A DNA stretch of 64,000 bases from Eledone cirrhosa. Lineage: Eukaryota. Made by a program: the position numbers and the translations under genes. This document shows positions 55,601-64,000 of the stretch, piece by piece. The first letter of the stretch is position 1; each line of letters begins with the position of its first letter. The notes under the pieces are model-generated. The model saw only the letters and a list, made by a program, of their open reading frames with translations. It had not been told where the DNA came from and did no database searches. The DNA is taken from positions 88,102,001 through 88,166,000 of the forward strand of contig OZ024746.1 of NCBI GenBank assembly GCA_964016885.1, given 5' to 3'.

Positions 55601-56795
55601 AAGTAGAGGAAATATAAAAAGGAACATAAATAAGTTGTAAGCTGTCTTAGATGGGGTTTAGCTTCACCCGAAAGCAGATCTTTTTTTATAATATTCTGAA
55701 TAATATTCTTGATACCGGTATTAGATAATATTTTTGAAATCTAATTATAGTGCATACTATTTTTATCACTGCATTTGTTTCATACGCATACGGTCAAGGC
55801 ATGTATTACAATGTATTTTCAAATATTATCGCACATACTTGTATGGTCGTATTTTCATGCCACCGCAACTTATTGGTGTGCAATAATTTCTCGCAATTCT
55901 GACCCTCTATATTTCGGAAATTCGGTGGATGTTGTCTGGTAACATTTAAAATATCGATGCCACAAATAATAAGTCTACATATTTTGATGGCAGTCTTCAA
56001 ACACTTCTCCGTTTCCCATTAAAACATACACTTCATACAAACGAATATTCTGGTTTGTCAGGGTACATTATAAATTTAAATTATGCCGGTAATTATATAT
56101 GACTCATACGGCGTGTATCCGCTGTGTCATAATCTTTGACGGATCTGCGAGAGGTCTTTACTACTGCACTACCTTACCTGAAAATTATGTTCCAGTATTT
56201 TTGCTTTCATCAAATAATGCGCATCAACTTACACATCGTTTGCGTTATAATTAAGCATCCAATCGTCAAATAACAATCTATTCAAGGAGTGAAAAAACAT
56301 ATAAACCAAGCACAGAAATCAAATAATAACACGCTTTTTTCTCGCTTTCCAATCAGTGCCAGCTGAAGAAAATTACGGAATATAAAACAAAATAAAAACA
56401 ATGCATGTATTTCCAGAAAAAGAAAAAAAGCATGAACATAATGAGTAATTGAAACCCTCGGGAATAGGAAAATCATATATTGTCAAACTATTCTTCTCAT
56501 TTGCGAAATGTTAATGAATAAGTATTTAGAAAGAATAATAGACGTCCAAAAATATTTAAAAACACTTAAAGAGGCCACTGATATTGAAAACTAATGGCTG
56601 AATAACACGTAATCATATAGTATGTAGAATGTTTGAAACTCTAACACAACATATTATTGTTGACACTCCAATATGTTTTCATATATTATTTCCAGTACAT
56701 TATATTATCCTGTTATTAATCTTCTGTTACTCAACTCTTAAATAATGTAGATGTGTGCACACATATATTTTAGCAGACAGATGCATGAATATTCT

Positions 56796-56868
<73 letters not shown>

Positions 56869-57437
56869 GAATATACAAGAGAGATAAACACAAATATAAA
56901 CATACATGTGTTCCAATAGTAAAGAACCAAGTTCCCTAAGGTGAAACAAATACTAACTATAACAATATCGTTTGCCAGACTCAATTTAAAGTAATAAATA
57001 AGGAAACAGAAGAACAAACCTATATTCGGCAACTGCCTGAAACACCTAGACAGCTATGTGAGCTGTTTCGCAAATTATTTAGCGAAGGAAATCACTAATT
57101 TTATGCAGTTCAGTGCGTTATCCATGTGCGTTATTTCATATTCGCACATACTTTTGATTTACTTAGAAGAGGAGGGATTACTAATTTTTACACCCATCAG
57201 AGATCAGAGAATTAGTCATTGGCGTCGCTAAATAATTTGCGTAACAGCTCTCAAAGCTGACTGGGTGTTTCAGGCAGTTGCCCAATATAGGGTTGTTCTT
57301 TTTCTTGATTTATTAATATAAATTGAGTCTGGCAAACCATATTGTTATAGTTAGTATTTTCTCACCCTAGTGAACTTGGTCCTTTACAATTCGAACACAT
57401 GTATGTTTATATTTGTGTTTATCTCTCTTGTATATTC
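56869..57437. mobile_element. Foldback element with ~230 bp arms
   Basis: GAATATACAAGAGAGATAAACACAAATATAAACATACATGTG.. pairs with ..CACATGTATGTTTATATTTGTGTTTATCTCTCTTGTATATTC. Confidence 0.88.
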
Positions 57438-57449
57438 AATTATATATGT

Positions 57450-58583
57450 ATATACCAACATTAAAGCCCGGCGTTGCTCGGGTCAGTAAGTTACCAAAGT
57501 TAGGTTGCAACACCCATTTTATGGCAGCACTTTTTTGTCTGCCAGGCACTGGGTGAATTAATTGCAGACCTGGACTGCCGAAGCAGGAGCTGCGCCAGCA
57601 GTGACAATTGTAGTTTCGCCTATGGATATTATCTCTGTGCAAAGAAGTGTTGAAATTTATTGTTTCACAGTACTGGCGTAACACGCGCATAGACGTTGCC
57701 AGCCGAACAACAGAGCTGCGATGGAGTTGTTCTGCATGGTTATCTAATGTGTGTTTTCTAAATTTAAGACAGTAGGGAGTGGTGTGATATGGGGGAGAGT
57801 TAGCTGCTGTTTCTAGCAGGTTTAGTGACCTCATATAGGAAATGTATTCTAAATTTAAGACAGTAGGGAGGGGTGTGATATGTGGGAGAGTTAGCTGCTG
57901 TTTCTAGCAGGTTGAGTGACCTCATAGAGGATATATGTTTTCTAAATTTAAGACAGTAGGGAGTGGTGTGATATGGGGGAGAGTTAACTTCTGTTTGTAG
58001 CAGGTTTAGTGACCGCATAGAGGATATTAGTGTGTATAGTAAATATGCTAATACTTCTTTCTTCCACGTTCGTTGAGAGGTTTTAAAAAAGATTTATCGC
58101 TATTTTTTTGTTGTTGAATAAATTTCTATGTTTCTTTTGAATACTTGTTGTTTCGTATGAAATGTAATAAGTTATCTTTGTCATTGAAGTAAATAAATGT
58201 GTGACCGTTCCACACTCAAAAACAAACGTTATCTCTCTCTCTCCCTCTCTCTCTTCCTCTCTCTCTATCTGTCTCTCACTCTCTCGCTCTCTCTCTTCGG
58301 CGTTTCTAAAGGGAGTTTGTACGCCTGTATGTAGTTTTATTGAATTGGAAGGGGAGTAGAGAGAGGTATTCAGATGGTATTAGGGGGGGTAAAGCGTCAT
58401 GTATTTAGTTTTATCGATTATTCCCGTAATTGTGGGTGCGTTTGAACGAAATAATGAGTCGTTGACCTGAGATATACTATTTACAACATTCGTACAGAGT
58501 TTCAGTTTGAAATTGTGCAAATGTATAAACATGGTACATGCACATACTCACACACACCAACAACAATCTGCCTTTTATAGATA
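57450..58583 (+). mobile_element. Non-autonomous Helitron-like element with an internal minisatellite
   Basis: 5' subterminal hairpin CCCGGCGTTGCTCGGG; 3' CA-rich tract then TCTGCCTTTTATAGATA. Confidence 0.6.
57750..58027 (+). repeat. Minisatellite, ~92 bp x3
   Basis: TTCTAAATTTAAGACAGTAGGGAG.GGTGTGATATG.GGGAGAGTTA occurs three times. Confidence 0.95.
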
Positions 58584-58777
58584 ATTGTTTCTACTTTAGG
58601 CACAAAGCCAGCAATTACCCAGTTCATTACTGGTACTTTATCTTATCGACCCCGTAAGGATGAAAGGCAAAGTCAACCTCGGCGGGATTTGAACTCAGAT
58701 CGTAGATCGTAAAGGGACGTAACTATGCTGGAAACCATGGCGTCCGACCCTCTACCGATACTGCCAATCCAGCGCCC
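58583..58777 (-). mobile_element. tRNA-derived SINE with a probable target-site duplication
   Basis: Full copy flanked by TTTATAGATAAT on both sides. Confidence 0.88.
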
Positions 58778-58817
58778 TTTATAGATAATACACTGCCTTT
58801 TATAGATAATGATAAAT

Positions 58818-58909
<92 letters not shown>

Positions 58910-59119
58910 AAATTAAATTAAGGGTTGTCATGTCTGAGAGAGACATGCGCCATATCCACTGCAGAATAAGCTCAAAGATTCCAATGAACAGATCCGAGCA
59001 ATTTATATCAACTAGAAATAGATTTACATATATATATATATAAAATAAACATATGAAACAATCACAGGGAATACCCACTTTACAAATTAATCTCTGTGAT
59101 TGTTTCCTATGTTTATTTT

Positions 59120-59177
<58 letters not shown>

Positions 59178-59449
59178 AGAATATTCATGCATCTGTCTGC
59201 TAAAACATATGTCTACACACGTCTACATTATTTAACAGTGGATGTGGTAACAGAAAATTTATAAAAGGATAATATAATGTACTGGAAATAATATATGAAA
59301 ACTTATTGGAGAGTCAACAACAACATGTTGCGTTAGAGCTTAAATATTCTAGATACTATATGAGTACGTGTCATTCAGCCGTTAGTTTGCAATATCAGTG
59401 ACCTGTTGAAGTGTTTTTAAATATCTTTTGACCTGAGTATACTCGGTGT

Positions 59450-60710
59450 CTTTGCCATATCTTAGGTATCTCTCTACGCGACCGAATATATAACAAGAAA
59501 TATTATAACAATGACAGTTGCAGGTGACCATTAACTATCAAATCCGGAAACAGAGGCTACAATTGTCTGGCCACATCTGTAGGAAGAGCATCGGAAAACT
59601 ACCATACCAACGTTTGTCATGATAGCAGTCCATACGATGCAGGATCCAGTGTAACGCACCGAAAGAATAGGCGAAACAATTGGAGGAGTATCTGGAATCA
59701 CAGCACCTAGTACTGCTAGTGTCCACCCCATTTATTTCCAGTGATCTGATGTGGTTGAGCAATTAGTCTTAATTCGTAGACAACACCAGGTCACCTGCAA
59801 CATTCGATGAAGCAGAGGTAAAATGAGGAGGATCATTTTCTTAAATCGTGTGAAGGAATGAAGGATAGTTGAACCATCGCATCACGCATGTGTGGGTACC
59901 GCCACACAAATATCTCTGTATAATAGATTTGGAAGTTATCACTCAGATATCGACAATTGCATCACGGATTATTTCTTCTATTCTCTCCATAATGATTATT
60001 TGTATATTTGTGGATAGTGCGATTTTCTGCGAGGGCTGTCTAATCGCTTCCTGTAATTGTGTTATTGGATTTTATGTGCTACAGTAGTTTACTTTTCTAG
60101 CATATATGACTGCGTGATTCGTGTGCTTTCTTTCCTGTTTGAGGGTTTGGCTTTGTTGTTGTTGCGTATGTGTGTTTGATTGCGTTAGATATTTTGTTGG
60201 TGTATATGTTGTCCATTGTGGTGCTGATCATGGTGGAGATGGTGTTAATTTAGGTGGTAGTAATGGTGGTGCTGGTGCGGCTGTTGGTGATTGTAATGTG
60301 TGCCTTACAACTTTAGGTTTCGTTCTGGGAGAAGTCAAAATAGATATTTTCTTTTTTCTTATTGATGGTTTTCCACTGGTTACCGTCCCCACAATTCATG
60401 TCCGATTGTGCCAAATCGGGAAGCGCACATCCACTTTTCGTGCTTTTGCTGTTGTTGATGCTGGAGTTGTGTTTATGTTGATTGGAAATTATTGCGGTGT
60501 TCCCCCACATGTTGTTGCTAATTTTGTTGTTCGCGATAGGATATTTCATATTGGAAAGAGAGGGGGCTCTTTCTTCCCTATTGCTCGTTGTGGGCAGGAT
60601 GTCCTTAGTTGGATTTTTGCGCGAAAACTAGCTTTCAAATTAAGCTCGTCCAGATAGGAGCGACCATTAATAATATTGAGTCAGAAGTCGTTTTCTGGAG
60701 ACATAACGCG
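59450..60710 (-). pseudogene. Decayed coding-like remnant, possibly retroelement gag/ORF1
   Basis: Minus strand has Pro/Thr-rich reading (SPTAAPAPPLLPPKLTPSPP) and LLNHIRSL..PPIVSPILSV, weakly gag-like. The + ORF 60121-60657 is its antisense shadow. Confidence 0.3.
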
Positions 60711-62094
60711 ATTTAAATAGCATAAAACTAAATTAGGGCTGTGGGGTCGTAGTCATGTGAGCGTGTATTTTGTCAGACATTCAGATGTTTTCAAGTTGTG
60801 TCGGGGCTGTTTCATTATGTACTGAATAATGATGTGTGGGGAGATTCCGAACATCTGGTTATGTGGTAAATATAACTCCTGAGCAAATATGTGCCCAGAA
60901 AATGTTTTCAATTCAGCACATTGCATGTTTCCCATTTGGAAATGTATCTTTCTTCATATTTAGAGAGCACAGCGAAGGAGGAGGTTGGATGTGCGGTCGT
61001 GCTTTTTATGTTGTTGTCAACATGTCTCTGATTCGGATAAATACTCATGCAACAGTTGCTGAGGGAAAAGTTTCACCATAATATCATTTTGCCATAACAG
61101 GAGAAGACACCATATACGAAATAAATCAGCCCTAAGCTAAAATAAATGTTGTACCGAACTGAAGATCAAGTCCGATGCCGATGAATGCCATGTAAAGAGG
61201 AATTTATCTTAATATGAAGATGAATTTAACCCACCATCAGAGAACTAACCAGGTATATTTGGGAAGATATTCAAGCTAATATTTCATTTATGTTAAATAG
61301 CTTCTCAGATATGCAAACATTCGGCGTTCTTCTAAGCCAGACAGTTCAATTTTGAAATTGAAAATGTTCAAGACGAATTGCGATGTCAAATGATAGGCTT
61401 TTAACATATCTGCATTCATGGGAATAATTCATGGAACAGCCAATTCGGGGTAAAACAGAATGCACAGATAGTTAGCAATCAAAACAGAAATATAAGAAGA
61501 AAACCTTATGCTAACAGCAGAATGATAAAGTCAGTTTACTTAAAATGTGCTCACCATAGACATTGGAAAATACCAACTTCATCAGTCTACCACAATTTAA
61601 AACATACACTGAACATTCATTCCACAAATCTAGTAAATGTGTTGGAAAGCAATACATTATTTTTGGTAGTAAAATATTTCTTTAGATAAACCTTCACAAA
61701 CTTCTTATATAACAGCAGGCAATGCCTTTATACCGATAATGTCATAGTTGATTGCTTCTCAAAACAACTGACAAGAGCTTCTTTCACTCAACATCTTGTT
61801 TCATACAAAGTTTATTTCACACAAAAGCCTCTTTCCCGAAAAACCATTACATGATATGAGCCTTTACTTTTTCAATTAACATATATCAATATCAGTATAT
61901 GCATGGCATCTGAGATAAAAAGAGAAATCCGATAACTAACAAATAACTAGTTAGAGATGGATACCACATAATATAAACGGCATAGTTCCACTAACGAATA
62001 AAGAAACACGGTGCCTCACGTCCACCGGCTAGCTTTCTCAACGTAAAATGTCATCATATCTTCATTGCATTTGAAATGTGTCGAGTATCAATTT

Positions 62095-62180
62095 GAATCA
62101 TCCTTATGGGGTCTATAAAATAAAGTATCAGTAATGCACTGGATAATTGCTGGCCTAGTGCCAAAAGTAGAAACAATATT
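62095..62180 (+). mobile_element. 5'-truncated SINE
   Basis: TCATCCTTATGGGGTCTATAAAATAAAGTATCAGTAATGCACTGG..GTGCCAAAAGTAGAAACAAT. Confidence 0.8.
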
Positions 62181-62564
62181 TATATGAATTAGGTATTGCA
62201 GGAACCTAACACCCAATGCAATCGAAGGCAGATAATTCTCAATATATTTTGAAAGAAATGAAGATATAAACACACACATGCCATTGTGCACATTACACTT
62301 TATATGACTCTGGAACATTAGACTGTAGCCACGCACATGTAGTAATCACTTATTTTCGACAAACAAACAAGTCACCCTTGCCAGCCCCTTAGCCACCAGC
62401 CTGGCCCCGCAGGCAGAAACTTTCACCCACCTCCCAATATGACCATTTATAAAAACTGTCTTCCCTAAACGTTCCACACCACGCTTACCTGTATCTGTTC
62501 CCTCTTCACCTGAACGTTCCCGAACAATGACTATGGTCGGAAACGTTGAAATCTCCTCCACTAT

Positions 62565-62750
62565 ATATAACAAAGGAATTATTGTAAGGAACCAGGTGGA
62601 CCACAACGCACCAGAGCACTCAAAATTGAGGGTAGTAGAGTGGGTAATAGGAAAATGTTCAATACCCCGACCGCAGAGCTCAAGCTGTTTCGACGGCTAT
62701 TTCGGGACTAGCGTCTAGAAATAGCTGTCGAGACGGCTTGAGCTCTGGTA
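62565..62750 (-). repeat. Family D copy ending in a ~30-bp-arm hairpin
   Basis: CAGAGCTCAAGCTGTTTCGACGGCTATTTC-14nt-GAAATAGCTGTCGAGACGGCTTGAGCTCTG. Confidence 0.8.
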
Positions 62751-62851
62751 TGTAGAAAGCAAGAGGTAAAGGAGAGAGAAAGGGGAGAGAAAGAGGATAG
62801 CAGTAAGGTGACAGAAAAAATACGAATCACAGCGAAGGGAAAACATATATA

Positions 62852-63686
62852 TGTGAATGAAAAACGGTGTGCTGCGTCATGGCGAATATGAACATATGAA
62901 TGAAAATAGACCGAGAAACAGGAATGTCATTCATCAGTAGCCTGCTGATTATCATTAGTATTTTACCGCATGAAAGACTAGATGCCTAAAATCAGTGCGA
63001 GCGATAACTAAATTAAGTTATCGGGACAGAGGAAAGTAAACAAACAACATGGTAGTAATGCAACGTAAAGAGAGGAAAAGAGAGACAAGTCAATGAATCT
63101 TGTGGGCTTAAGTCCGACAAATCAAATGACGAGAAGAGGCAGACACGTCCGAGCCACGCAATAAGTGAGAGAGGAAATAATTTCACGCAGGTCAGACGGG
63201 AGGAAGTGAGAGAGAAGGTGTAGGGGCCAGCCGCATGTGTGTGACCAGCAGAGGGCCGCTGCTGATCACACACTCTTGGCTTGCTCCTTCCTCACACTTT
63301 CACTCACTCACTCAATGCTACTCCTCCTCTCTCACTTCCTCCCGTCTGAAATGCGTGACATTCTTTCCTCTAACTTTTTGCGTGGCTCGGACGTGTCTGT
63401 GTCTTCTTGTCATTTGATTTGTCGGACTTAAGCCCACAACATTCATTGACTTGTCTCTCTTTTCCTCTCTTTACGTTGCATTACTACCATATTGTTTGTT
63501 TACGTTCCTCTGTCCCGATAACTTAATTTAGTCATCGCTCCCACTGATTTTAGGTATCTAGTCTTAAATGCGAATAAATACCAATGATAATCAGCAGACC
63601 ACTGATGATGGATATTCCTATGTCTCGGTCTATTTTCATTCATATGTTCATATTCGCAACAACGTAGCACGCCATTTTCCATTCAC
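62852..63686. mobile_element. ~830 bp foldback element related to family B
   Basis: Arms ~62852-63212 and ~63327-63686 are reverse complements. Each has an outward-reading ACTGATGA near its tip. Confidence 0.88.
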
Positions 63687-63727
63687 ACACACACACACAT
63701 ACACACCCACACACACACACACACATG

Positions 63728-63827
<100 letters not shown>

Positions 63828-64000
63828 AATCGCACAAATACGATTTTGATGTATTTTGTGCTATGTCTATCGAGATCATCTGTAATTTCATCCCTAAGCT
63901 CCCGTTAAAGTATCAATTGAGTATGTGAATCAAACTATTTTCTTTATCAGTTTCTCAGCATCACTTACATTTAAAGGTGAGAAGAGGCTGGAGAAATCTA

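Larger units (their letters stand above)
56549..59430. repeat. Outer inverted repeat pair (56549-56802 / 59170-59430) enclosing nested elements
   Basis: TTTTAGCAGACAGATGCATGAATATTCTCGCGCATAT vs ATATGCGCGAGAATATTCATGCATCTGTCTGCTAAAA, collinear over ~250 bp. Confidence 0.88.

Noticed and set aside
57750-58027. Three regularly spaced repeats resembling a CRISPR array
   Set aside because: Whole units are repeated with no unique spacers, there are no cas genes, and the context is eukaryotic.
60121-60657. 178-aa + strand ORF
   Set aside because: Val/Cys/Gly-rich antisense shadow of a decayed minus-strand sequence; non-ATG start and no motif.
61690-61909. Minus-strand segment after a strong splice acceptor
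   Set aside because: Early stops in all three frames; cannot support a coding exon.

Overview
AT-rich, repeat-saturated eukaryotic DNA with many (TA)n tracts. The tRNA-derived SINE content suggests a cephalopod (Octopus-like) genome; this is an inference. Almost all ORFs in the supplied track are microsatellite or antisense artefacts. The recognisable coding sequence is decayed retroelement: a Nematis-like Penelope element (~2.97-5.34 kb), a Neptune-like Penelope element split into two in-register halves on opposite strands (20.5-21.76 kb + and 32.5-30.2 kb -, implying a ~10.7 kb inversion), and several RTE-type LINE fragments. Other repeats are MetaSINE-like and CORE/V-like SINEs and two Helitron-like non-autonomous elements. 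Three splice-flanked segments may be exons of an unidentified host gene on the + strand. The most striking structure is a dense set of non-coding foldback (inverted-repeat) elements, mostly bounded by (TA)n, several carrying hammerhead-ribozyme cores in both arms on opposite strands. There are also two well-formed hammerheads with a compensatory U3-A8 core. All calls were made by eye, without database searches or folding software, and coordinates are approximate unless stated otherwise.
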